Assembly: GCA_951406725.2 (NCBI GenBank)
Contig: OX597814.1
Span: forward strand, 7,192,001 to 7,256,000
Length of the DNA: 64,000 bases
Reading direction: 5' to 3'
From: Octopus vulgaris
Taxonomy: Eukaryota
Shown piece by piece: positions 52,807 to 64,000 of the stretch. Within the stretch, counting starts at the first letter, position 1; the number at the start of each line of letters is the position of its first letter. The notes beneath the pieces are model-generated. The model saw nothing but the letters and a program-made list of their open reading frames with translations, had not been told where the DNA came from and searched no databases. The translations under genes and the position numbers were made by a program.

Positions 52807-53799
52807 TTTCTTTTTATACAATGTTAAAAAAGGCATAAAGATATATCAGCAGCAGATAAAAATTATCCAATTGTCATGGTGTATGTGGGCAGCTCTCCAT
52901 CCTTGCCTGCTCCTGTCAAATCATCCAACCCATGCCAGCATGCCAGCATGGGAAATGGACATTAAATGATGGTGATGATGATGATGCAGGCATATTCTTT
53001 TACTGAATTCACTCATTGGACACTCAATAGACTAGAACACCCCCCACTCTTTTTTCCCCACTTCTCTTTCTATCTCTGTCTCTCTTCTTGTCTACTTGTC
53101 TTTATTTCTTACTTTTCTTTCTCTTCTCTCTCTCTCTCTCTCTCTCACACATAAAAGAAGAAACATTGAGAGTGTATTCTATATGTGTTAAAAGTGCACT
53201 GTCGTCTGACAATGAAGCACTGGTGCTACCAGCGAAGGATGTAAACTGACAGCAGACCAGACAAGTGAAAAGGATTCGTCAAATGTACAAACAGTAGTCA
53301 CAAGTTGAATGCAAATCAGCGAGAAAGTGAATAATTAACAGATACTTTGATTGGTCCAGTGACTGTTGTTAACCAATATATCTCCATCATACGTCTGACT
53401 TCCACTTTCACTTTCTATTCAGAAATACATAAAATGGTCCAATAGCGAACAGTATGATACATTTACAATATTTCTTTAAATAAAACCATCAGCACATAGA
53501 GGTTTTAATTGCTGAACTAAAATGTCAGTCAAGTAATTTATTAATTAATGCTTTTTTTTATAATAGCTATTGCTATTTTTATAAATTTCTGGTTTTACCT
53601 CTTTGAAGAATAGTTTCTATGACATTTAAAATGACTTTAATCCAATGATGAGTGTTAGTAATTGTTCTTAATTAGAAAGCATGTGAGCTTATAGTCACAA
53701 GCTGAACCTGATTGTAGCATTACAAATTTGATGAAAAATTTAATAACATTTTCTATCACAAAAGGAAACATGCTGTTCTATTTCTTAGGATCATGTTCT

Positions 53800-54175
53800 C
53801 CGCTTGCAAAGACCTGTTGAGGCAAATGAAATCGAAATCGATCAAAAATCAATGGAAATTGTAGTTGTGATTCCAGTGACGGTGGCACGTAAAAGAACCA
53901 TCCGAACGTGGCCATTGCCAGCACCGCCTCAACTGGCCTCCGTGCTGGTGGTACGTAAAAAACACCAACCAATCATGGCCATTGCCAGCCACGCCTGGCA
54001 CATAAAAAGCACCCACTACACTCACGGAATGGTTGGCATTAGGAGGGGCATCCAGCTGTAGAAACACTGCCAGATCAGACTGGGCCTGGTGCAGCCTCCT
54101 GGCTTCCCAGACCCCAGTCGAACCATCCAACCCATGCTAGCATGGAAAGCAGACATTAAACGATGATGATGATGT
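53800..54175 (+). mobile_element. RTE family A 3'-end fragment
   Basis: UTR modules, conserved end, (GAT)n. Confidence 0.9.
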
Positions 54176-55061
54176 TAGCTGTATGCTAAGATGAAATTAT
54201 TTGTTGATCCCAAAACTGAGTGACACCAAATAACAAAGCATTTTAATAATCTTCCATTTTAGAATTGAGTTATTTCGTGGCAATCTCAAAATATTGTGAA
54301 GCGAACAAAAAACAGTCTTTTTGTAGGGAAAATATGTTTCATCTCTAATTCCTGGCCCTTGACATGACCAAGCAAAACGGAAAAAAAGTTAACTTTTTAT
54401 TTCAAGTAAATATCAGAAATAAGTGATGCCTTCCGTGTTTCTCTGAAAATGTCTGAGACGAATTTTAATTAATTTGTCAACAAGAATTCCATGTAGAAGC
54501 ACAGAATTCTCTTTCTTTTCTCAACTCTCGTGTTTTAACCTATAGATATGCAAGACAATGCCGAGAGAGTGTAGTAAGACCCAGAGCTGCCCAAAGCTGA
54601 CACCAAGATCAGCATCACAAAAACACTGGCAAACATTCATCAAATATAAATCAATTTTGAATTATTAAAATTCCAAACCAGCCTCCACAGCCCTTTTACA
54701 TCCAGCAGGGATCACTGATTTAATAATGCTTCTTCTAATTTCATGACTGACAGCATTTCAAAGAATGTTGTGAACATATATACAAGAAGGGAGTACATAC
54801 ATTAACAGTTTTCTTTTCTTACAGAAGAGGCCTCTGAGTAATCTCCCCACTTATAATTCCTTCAGTTTTTGTTTGGAATTTCAGCTCTTCCTGCCTGGCA
54901 TTGTCCTTGTCGCTCTCTACAAGTAATTCCATGAAGAATTTGCAGCTCTCCAAGACAAGATGGGTTGCTTGGGTCAGGAAAAATAATATGAAGAGAAGAA
55001 AGAAGGGAGAAGGAGGAAGAGAGCATTAGAGGAGGATATGTAGAGATGTAGTTAATGGACA

Positions 55062-56730
55062 GATGATACGGTAGAGAGGAGAGGTGTACGGGATGAACGG
55101 TAGAGAGGAGAGGTGTACAGGATGAACGGTAGAGAGGAGAGGTGTACGGGATGAACGGTAGAGAGGAGAGGTGTACGGGATGAACGGTAAAGAGGAGAGG
55201 TGTACGGGATAAACGGTAGAGAGGAGAGGTGTACGGGATGAACGGTAGAGAGGAGAGGTGTACGGGATGAACGGTAGAGAGGAGAGGTGTACGGGATGAT
55301 ACGGTAGAGAGGAGAGGTGTACGGGATGATACGGTAGAGAGGAGAGGTGTACGGGATGATACGGTAGAGAGGAGAGGTGTACGGGATGAACGGTAGAGAG
55401 GAGAGGTGTACGGGATGAACGGTAGAGAGGAGAGGTGTACAGGATGAACGGTAGAGAGGAGAGGTGTACGGGATGAACGGTAGAGAGGAGAGGTGTACGG
55501 GATGAACGGTAGAGAGGAGAGGTGTACGGGATGAACGGTAGAGAGGAGAGGTGTACGGGATGAACGGTAGAGAGGAGAGGTGTACGGGATAAACGGTAGA
55601 GAGGAGAGGTGTACGGGATGATACGGTAGAGAGGAGAGGTGTACGGGATGATACGGTAGAGAGGAGAGGTGTACGGGATGATACGGTAGAGAGGAGAGGT
55701 GTACGGGATAAACGGTAGAGAGGAGAGGTGTACAGGATGAACGGTAGAGAGGAGAGGTGTACGGGATAAACGGTAGAGAGGAGAGGTGTACGGGATGAAC
55801 GGTAGAGAGGAGAGGTGTACAGGATGATACGGTAGAGAGGAGAGGTGTACGGGATGATACGGTAGAGAGGAGAGGTGTACGGGATGATACGGTAGAGAGG
55901 AGAGGTGTACGGGATGATACGGTAGAGAGGAGAGGTGTACGGGATGAACGGTAGAGAGGAGAGGTGTACAGGATGATACAGTAGAGAGGAGAGGTGTACA
56001 GGATGAACGGTAGAGAGGAGAGGTGTACAGGATGATACAGTAGAGAGGAGAGGTGTACAGGATGAACGGTAGAGAGGAGAGGTGTACAGGATGATACAGT
56101 AGAGAGGAGAGGTGTACGGGATGAACGGTAGAGAGGAGAGGTGTACAGGATGATACAGTAGAGAGGAGAGGTGTACGGGATGAACGGTAAAGAGGAGAGG
56201 TGTACGGGATGAACGGTAGAGAGGAGAGGTGTACGGGATGAACGGTAGAGAGGAGAGGTGTACGGGATGATACGGTAGAGAGGAGAGGTGTACAGGATGA
56301 ACGGTAGAGAGGAGAGGTGTACAGGATGATACAGTAGAGAGGAGAGGTGTACAGGATGAACGGTAGAGAGGAGAGGTGTACGGGATGATACAGTAGAGAG
56401 GAGAGGTGTACGGGATGAACGGTAGAGAGGAGAGGTGTACGGGATGAACGGTAGAGAGGAGAGGTGTACGGGATGAACGGTAGAGAGGAGAGGTGTATGG
56501 GATGATACGGTAGAGAGGAGAGGTGTACAGGATGATACAGTAGAGAGGAGAGGTGTACAGGATGAACGGTAGAGAGGAGAGGTGTACAGGATGATACAGT
56601 AGAGAGGAGAGGTGTACGGGATGAACGGTAGAGAGGAGAGGTGTACAGGATGATACAGTAGAGAGGAGAGGTGTACGGGATGATACGGTAGAGAGGAGAG
56701 GTGTACGGGATGATACGGTAGAGAGGAGAG
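55062..56730. repeat. Purine-rich minisatellite, 29/30-bp unit, roughly 57 copies
   Basis: GATGA(T)AC(G/A)GTAGAGAGGAGAGGTGTAC(G/A)G head-to-tail with no spacers. Confidence 0.97.
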
Positions 56731-57657
56731 AGGGAAGAATGAGAGGAAAGAAAGAAAGAAAGAAAGAAAAGAATGTGATGAGGAGGTCCTCATCAACTGG
56801 GGCAGACAACATTGGTGATGTACCCCTGGCAGTATAAAACAGGGTAACTGTCAGCAGAAACAGAGATTAAGAGGATTGGTGTGGTGGCTCTGCGTAGATT
56901 GGTATGGCTATGTGATATGAAGTTAAGATGGGATTCTATACAGAGAAGCACAATTATAGAAGAAGTGAGTAAATTGTGTGAGTGGCCAGGCTGGAGGATG
57001 ACAATACCAAATCTCTCATGTTTTTAGAGTTTTTATAGAAATTATCAGCAGTGGTGGGGTGGGAGAGGAAAAGCATATGAGATCTTACTCATGATATTTG
57101 TACATTTATGCATGCATATTTTCGTTGCGCAGAAATTAGATCCAAGAAAGTTCTTCTGGAATTTTGGTGGTGAGGGCGATTGGAGGTTTGCTGCAAGTAC
57201 ATGGCTGCCCTCGGTCATCTGCTCTGCTAAATCTTCAATTGATGCCAGACACATGAACAGCTGAATGGCAGACTTTATTGTAAATCATAATGTCCCAGAG
57301 TAAATGGCTGTCAATTTGTCCTCTGCCCAGTCATAAATATTTGTATAAATATCCACATTAACACCTAAATAACGAACTTCAGTGTGTGCTGCCTTGTCCC
57401 ATGATAATATCAATAACAATAATAAATATTTCATAAGATGGCAAGCATATTGAATATGACAGCATATGAATAAATAAACAACATAACATAAAGTAGAATA
57501 TAGAAAAATATTAAAAAAATTAAAATTATGGATTGCTTCTCTTTTCTTTCATTTCTTTTCCTACGGTGATTTTTTTTCTTTTCTAAATGGTAAATGTGCC
57601 ACTTCTTAATATTCTGCTGTGAGAAAATGGCTGCCCTTCTATCCTTTCTATTTGTAT

Positions 57658-57701
<44 letters not shown>

Positions 57702-57817
57702 TCATTTGTTTCATGTCCATTCTTCTACACTGACAAACATCAAAGAAACCCCTACTGCTGAAGCATTAATGAGATTAAGAAAGACCCCAATAAAATGATA
57801 TGAGAAGAGATTTTGAA

Positions 57818-58715
57818 TGTGGAAAACAACACCCTTCCTGTTGGCCAATTCTGGATGTTTCGCTTGAATTGCTGCTTTTAACTCATCCCGTTGTGTGCAG
57901 TATTTCTCAGAATAAATTTTCTAGTCACTTGAGAGAAGCTCATAGTACAGAATTCCTTTCCAATCCCACCAGACACAAAGCAAGACTTTTTTAGGGTGAA
58001 GACCTGCTTCTGGGGTGGCTCATGTCACTTAAACCAGGCTCGCTTTCTCTGAACATTTCAGTAGATAATCCATTTCTCATCACCTGTCACAATTTGTTTT
58101 AAAAAAGGCGCATTTTCATTCCGTTTATAAAGCAAATCACAGATGGAAATGCGATCCAAAAGGTTCTTCTCACACAAACTCATGTGATACCCAAACATCA
58201 TAGCGATTTGTGTACCCAAACTTTACCAGGTGCTCATGAACGACAGATTTTGATAGGTTGAGGCTTTCTGCCAATTCTCAGGTTATGCAATGTGGGTTAT
58301 TCTCAATTAATGACTTGATTTAGACATCATCTGTAGTGGATGGTCTGCCTGATCGCTCTTTATCAATAAGGCTACAATCTCCAACTCAGAACCTTGTGAA
58401 CCACTTCCGTACAGTTCTTTCAGATAAAGAAACATCCCCGTAAACTGTGCATATTTCTTTGGTTGCTTGTGAGGCATTTTTCCCTTTATGGAAAAAGAAA
58501 AGCATCAAGTGCCGAAAATGAACTTTCTTATCTTCCATTTTAAAGGGTTACAGAATTAACACAGGTCATAGGAACATAAACCTTCTTCCATGAAAAGATA
58601 GCTTAAACTGTACTCTAAATGGAGGTGTAGTCAAATCCTATTTTATGGACTCAACCATGTTCTAAAATAAGTCGAAAGATACTATAAATCAGCACAAACT
58701 TTCTGGACAACCCAA
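57818..58715 (-). mobile_element. Second, 3'-truncated copy of the 46115-47381 mariner in inverted orientation
   Basis: Reverse complement matches 46115-~47010, including the TIR AAATCAGCACAAACTTTCTGGACAACCCAA|TA. Confidence 0.95.
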
Positions 58716-58722
58716 TATATAT

Positions 58723-59480
58723 ATCATCATCATCATCATCATCATTTAGCGTCCGTTTTCCATGCTAGCATAGGTTGGACGGTTCAACTGGGGTCTGTGA
58801 AGCCAGAAGGCTGCATCAGGCCCAGTCTGATCTGGCAGTGTTTCTACGGCTGGATGCCCTTCCTAACGCCAACCACTCCGCGAGTGTAGTGGGTGCTTTT
58901 TACGTGCCACCCGCACAGGAGCCAGACGGAGCTGGCAAACGGCCACGAACGGTTGGTGCTTTTTATGTGTCACTGGCACAGAGGCCAGACGGGGCGGCGC
59001 TGGCAACGGCCACGAACGGATGGTGCTTTTTACGTGCCATCGGCACAGGAGCCAGGCGAGGCTGGCAACGGCCATGAACGGATGGTGCTTTTTACGTGTC
59101 ACTGGCACGGAGGCCAGTCGGGGCGGTGCTGGCAACGGCCACGATCGGATGGTTCGCTTACTTGTCACCGGCACTGGTATCACAGCTGCAATTTCCATTA
59201 ATGTTGATCGACTTCGATTTTGGTTCTGCTTTCTGATATCTGATTTGATTTGGTTTGATTTGATTTTGATTTTGATTTTGATTTTCACTTGCCTCAACAG
59301 GTCTTCACAAGTGGAGTTTTGTGTCCCAAGAAGGAAAGGTATGTATAAGTCGACTGGCTACATACCAGGTAGAGGCCACGAGTTATGATCTCACTAGTCT
59401 TGCCGGGTCTTCTCACGCACAGCATACTTCCATAGGTCTCGGTCTCTAGTCATTTCCTTGGTGAGACCTAAAGTGCGAAG
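58723..59480 (-). mobile_element. RTE family A 3' fragment (ORF end and UTR with five modules)
   Basis: (CAT)n; LRTLGLTKEMTRDRDLWKYAVREKTR on the minus strand. Confidence 0.92.
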
Positions 59481-59500
59481 ATATATATATGTATATATAA

Positions 59501-59718
59501 TGGCCTAGTGGTTAGGGCAGCGGACTCGCGGTCGCAGGATCGCGGTTTCGATTCTCAGACCGGGCGTTGTGTGTGTTTATTGAGCGAAAAGACCTAAAAG
59601 CTCTACGAGGCTCCGGCAGGGGGTGGTGATCCCTGCTGTACTCTTTCACCACAATGGCGGTGCCCCAGCATGGCCACAGCTCAAGAGCTGAAACTGGAAA
59701 AACAAAAACAAACAACAA

Positions 59719-59720
<2 letters not shown>
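59501..59720 (+). mobile_element. tRNA-derived SINE (family S5)
   Basis: TGGCCTAGTGGTTAGGGCAGC A box, GGTTTCGATTC B box, 3' end GGCGGTGCCCCAGCATGGCC shared with family S1. Confidence 0.75.
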
Positions 59721-59777
<57 letters not shown>

Positions 59778-59884
59778 GTATATATATATGTATATATATA
59801 TATATATATCATGGTATCATGGTACTCACCAGACTCACTAGTCACAATGCACTTTATATTGTCTTAGCTTTTGAATAATATCAC

Positions 59885-60090
59885 CCCAGTGGCTAGGCAT
59901 GGAGGCCAACATTCCCACTGAACAGAACAGCAACCTGTTGCAAGGTTACCTATCTGCAGCTGTGTGGCTTCAAGCAACAGGAAATGAAGTGTTTTGGTGA
60001 AGAACACAATGACCTGCCAGTCTGGGAATTGAAACTACAATCTCATAATCATGAGTGCAACACACTAACCACTAAGCTACATGCCTTCAT
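59885..60090 (-). mobile_element. SINE family S2 copy
   Basis: GAAATGAAGTGTTTTGG...GGAATTGAAAC...CTAACCACTAAGCTACATGCC. Confidence 0.6.
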
Positions 60091-60214
60091 GTGTGTGTGT
60101 AAACATGTATGTATATATAGAGATAGATAGATAGATATTAATACACACACATGCATATATATATGTTTATGTCTGCATGTATGTATAGATGTATATATAG
60201 ACACATATATATAT

Positions 60215-60271
<57 letters not shown>

Positions 60272-60325
60272 CCACTACACACACTTTTTTCTCTCCTTGT
60301 TTCTCGCCTTGTTTTTTCTGTGTCC

Positions 60326-60361
60326 CTTTCTGTAGAAGAGCATAGGCTCGAAACGTAAAAG
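60326..60361 (+). ncRNA. Variant minimal hammerhead-like motif
   Basis: CTTT-CTGTAGA-A-GAGC-ATAG-GCTC-GAAAC-GTA-AAAG; one core substitution, no stem III loop (ACGT palindrome). Confidence 0.45.
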
Positions 60362-60453
60362 ACTTTTTCTATTCCTGAGCATTATACTAATACATCTGTT
60401 TTGTTTTGTACACCACCTGTCTTCGTCTTTTGTTTTTTCCAAAAACTCTCCCT

Positions 60454-61387
60454 ATCATCATCATCGTTTAACGTCCGTTCTCCATGCTAGCATGGGTTGG
60501 ACGGTTCGACCGGGGACCTGGGAAGCCAAAAGGCTGCACCAGGCTCCAGTCTTATCTGGCAATGTTTCTACAGCTGGATGCCCTTCCTAACGCCAACCAC
60601 TCCGTGAGTGTAGTGGGTGCTTTTTACGTGCCACCTGCACTGGTGCCAGGCGAGGCTGGCATTGGCCACGGTCGGATTGGTGCATTTTATGTGCCACCTG
60701 CACTGGTGCCAGGCGAGGCTGGCATCAGCCACGGTCGGATTGGTGCATTTTACGTGGCACCTGCACTGGTGCCAGGCGAGGCTGGCATCGGCCACGGTCG
60801 GATTGGTGCATTTTACGTGCCACCTGCACAGAAGCCAGTCGTGGCGGCACTGGCTTCGGCCATGATTCGGATGGTGCTTTTTACGTGCTACCGACACGGA
60901 AGCCAGTCGAGGCGGCGCTGGCATCGGCCATGATTCGGATAGTGCTTTTTACGTATCTCCAGTCCAGGGGTCCTGGCATCTGCCGGGTGCCAGTCATAGG
61001 ATTGGTTCAATTTCACTTCCGATTTCACTTGCCCCAACAGGTCTTCGCAAGCAAAGTGGGGTAGGCATAGGTGCCTGTCGTCGGATGAGGTTCGATATCG
61101 ACTTCGCTTGCCTCAACAGGTCTTTGTGTGTCCAAGGGAGGAAAGGCATGCATAAGTGGGCTGGACTCACTTGTCCTGCCTGGTCTTTTCACGCACAGCA
61201 TATTTCCAAAGGTCTCGGTCGCTGGTCATTTCCTCAGTGAGACCTAAAGTTCGAAGGTTGTGCTTCACCACCTCGTCCCAAGTTTTCCTGGGTCTACCTC
61301 TTCCACGGGTTCCCTCCACTGTTAGGGATTGGCACTTTTTCACACACCTATCTTCATCCATTCTCACCACATGACCATACCAGCGCA
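60454..61387 (-). mobile_element. RTE family A 3' fragment (ORF end and UTR with triplicated 60-bp module)
   Basis: RWYGHVVRMDEDRCVKKC...GRGRPRKTW; (CAT)n tail. Confidence 0.92.
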
Positions 61388-62164
61388 GGAATGCTAGTTC
61401 TAAGATCTCTCTAAGAGATCAACACAATAGTTGTACTAACAAGTAATATTCGTAGCCACTTTAACATAGCTGTCTGTTCAAGTGGACCTTACTGCGATTT
61501 TTGTAACCCCAAGAGGACATATCTTCTAGCTGGTTAATGATGCACGACTGCATCCAATAAAATTGCAAGCAGGGGAGTGAACCCCTACCACCTCCTTGTG
61601 ACGGGATCAGTAGACCAGTCCTGGTTTCAGGCTGTCTCTGCCACTCCTCAATAGTGGACACTTCGTCTGCTAGAGATGATAGCAGCTCGCTTCTGCATGC
61701 AATAAATATATTTCAAGGGAACACACAGTCACTGCTCCACTGATCGCAATTTTATCGGATGCAGCTGTGCATCATTAACCATCTAGAGGAGATGTCTTCT
61801 TGGGGTTAAAAAATCGCATGTTAAAGTGGCTGCGAGTATGTATATATATATATATATACAATTATACAGAAAGGTAAGCATATTGATAGATAGATAAATA
61901 TACAAACACCCATACATACATGCATGCATATACAAACTCATATATATGTACCAATATACAAACACATACATATCTATAATTCAACTTACTCCACACAATC
62001 ACTAATGCTGTACTCTTTGCTTTTGTTTGATGTTATCTTTTTTATGTTTCACATTTATTTTTCCTCATCAGGATTAAATATAGAACATTGAAATTTAATC
62101 ATTGATCAGTATACATTTACAACCTAATTTAGATATACATCAGTCTCTCTTCTTCACTCTTATT

Positions 62165-62191
62165 CTCTCTCTCTCTCTCTCTCTCTCTCTT

Positions 62192-62242
<51 letters not shown>

Positions 62243-62279
62243 ATGTGTGTATATATGTATGTGTGTGTATATATGTGTG

Positions 62280-62313
<34 letters not shown>

Positions 62314-62435
62314 TGTGTGTACATGTATGTAAGTATATATGTGTGTGAATGTATGTATGCATATATATACACACATATGTATATATATGTATGCATGTCT
62401 GTATTTGTGTATATATATATATGTATGTATGTATG

Positions 62436-62471
<36 letters not shown>

Positions 62472-62575
62472 GGTGTGTATGTATGTATATGTATGTATGT
62501 ATGTATATATGTATGTATGTATATATGTATGCATGAATGTATGTGTGTGTGTATATATATACACACACACGCACG

Positions 62576-62615
<40 letters not shown>

Positions 62616-62650
62616 CATGTGCATGTACATATGTACGTTTGTACGTATGT
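62165..62650. repeat. Compound (CT)/(TA)/(TG)/(TATG) microsatellite
   Basis: Direct reading. Confidence 0.9.
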
Positions 62651-62947
62651 ATTTTCCTTTGATCAAGTATGATTGCAGACAAAACTTGAAATGTAATTAT
62701 GATAGAAGTCTGCATTTGAAGTTGAATGAATCCAGTTTTTTGGCTGTAAAGGGAATCGCAGAACACAAAGATAACCCCGACCCACCACTCATCATCACAA
62801 CTCACCCAGACACAATTCTTCTCAAAGCAATAAGATTTTGATTTGTTTACCTGTTTATTTTTAACTTCACTAATTTAAAAATACTCGTCTATCATTGCAC
62901 AGCTAAACCGCTTCTCTCTCAATTCCCCCCCTATCTCACTCTTTCAC

Positions 62948-62992
<45 letters not shown>

Positions 62993-63044
62993 TCACTCTT
63001 AATAAGTACATTTATGCATATATGCATAAATACAAGACATACTA

Positions 63045-63075
<31 letters not shown>

Positions 63076-63125
63076 CACATGTATATGCATATATATATGT
63101 ATGTGTATATATATACATATACATA

Positions 63126-63161
<36 letters not shown>

Positions 63162-63180
63162 TGTATGTATGTATGTATGC

Positions 63181-63212
<32 letters not shown>

Positions 63213-63237
63213 GACACCCACACATATGTATGCATGT

Positions 63238-63308
<71 letters not shown>

Positions 63309-63312
<4 letters not shown>

Positions 63313-63508
63313 TCATCATCATCATCATCATCATTTAGCGTCCGCTTTCCATGCTAGCATGGGTTGGACAGTTCAACTGGGGTCTGTGAAGCCAGAAGGC
63401 TGCGCCAGGCTCCAGTCTGATCTGGCAGTGTTTCTACGGCTGGATGCCCTTCCTAACGCCAACCACTCCGTGAGTGTAGTGGGTGCTTTTTACGTGCCAC
63501 CCGCACAG
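63309..63508 (-). mobile_element. RTE family A 3'-end fragment inserted in (TA)n
   Basis: (CAT)n and conserved 3' end, (TA)n on both sides. Confidence 0.9.
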
Positions 63509-63557
<49 letters not shown>

Positions 63558-63845
63558 CATGCATTTTATACAGGCAGACAGATGAACAGATGGACAGACG
63601 AACAGACTGACAGACAGATACACTGACACACAGACAGATAGATAGATAGATAGATAGCGAGAGAGATAAAGATATAGATATACGCACACATATGCATACA
63701 TGTGTATATTTCAATTTTGATTTAACTTTTTTATATATATAAGTTCTGCTACGAGCATGTGCTTTTGGTAATATATTTATTTTATTTTTTATATATAATA
63801 TATATATATATAATATAATATAAATAATATATATATATATATATA

Positions 63846-64000
63846 TCTATATATAAACGGCAGTTTGTCTGTGCGTTTTCTGTGTGTCTGTTTTCTCGTA
63901 CCCTCACTCTGACCACGGCTTTCAACCGATTCTGATGAAACTTGACACACACATAGCCCAATGTCATAATTCAAAACTAACGCAGCGAAAATTTTGAAAA
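63846..64000 (+). mobile_element. 5' end of a second Helitron-like element, running off the window
   Basis: A|TCTATATATAAA start, TTTGTCTGTG tract, AACCGATTCTGATGAAACTTG resembling the CCGATTCGCTCCAAAATTT segment near 9068. Confidence 0.5.

Noticed and set aside
53160-53450. Promoter-like segment with ATGCAAAT and CCAAT words
   Set aside because: Such short motifs are expected by chance in AT-rich DNA and no linked gene was found
55062-56730. CRISPR-like array
   Set aside because: Units are contiguous with no unique spacers, there are no cas genes, and the context is eukaryotic
54862-56812. 644-aa and 586-aa minus-strand ORFs
   Set aside because: They arise from the stop-poor 29/30-bp minisatellite; unit lengths keep shifting frame, so there is no coding constraint
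63930-63945. CTGATGAAAC motif
   Set aside because: No stem II; part of the Helitron-like 5' region

Overview
AT-rich eukaryotic (animal) DNA made almost entirely of transposon remains and microsatellites. The repeat complement ((GAT)n-tailed RTE LINEs, tRNA-derived SINEs, very dense (TA)/(CA)/(TATG) tracts) suggests an octopus/coleoid cephalopod genome, which is an inference. I found no intact protein-coding gene. The window holds about 18 copies or fragments of one RTE LINE family, several other non-LTR remnants (other RTE families, an R4/Dong-like element, L1-like decay, a Penelope-like GIY-YIG fragment), five mariner remnants plus a solo end, two Helitron-like elements, several SINEs, a MITE-like foldback and a 1.7 kb 29/30-bp minisatellite. 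The most notable unannotated signal is a set of type I hammerhead ribozymes: one with an intact core at 52060-52158, one minimal copy at 37811-37849, and about six decayed copies, mostly in TA-flanked Penelope-like terminal-repeat fragments. Also notable are a PHD-type zinc finger inserted in the RTE reverse transcriptase, a variable-copy modular RTE 3' UTR, and an inverted pair of sister mariners sharing inactivating lesions. All coordinates were read by eye and boundaries of decayed elements are approximate.
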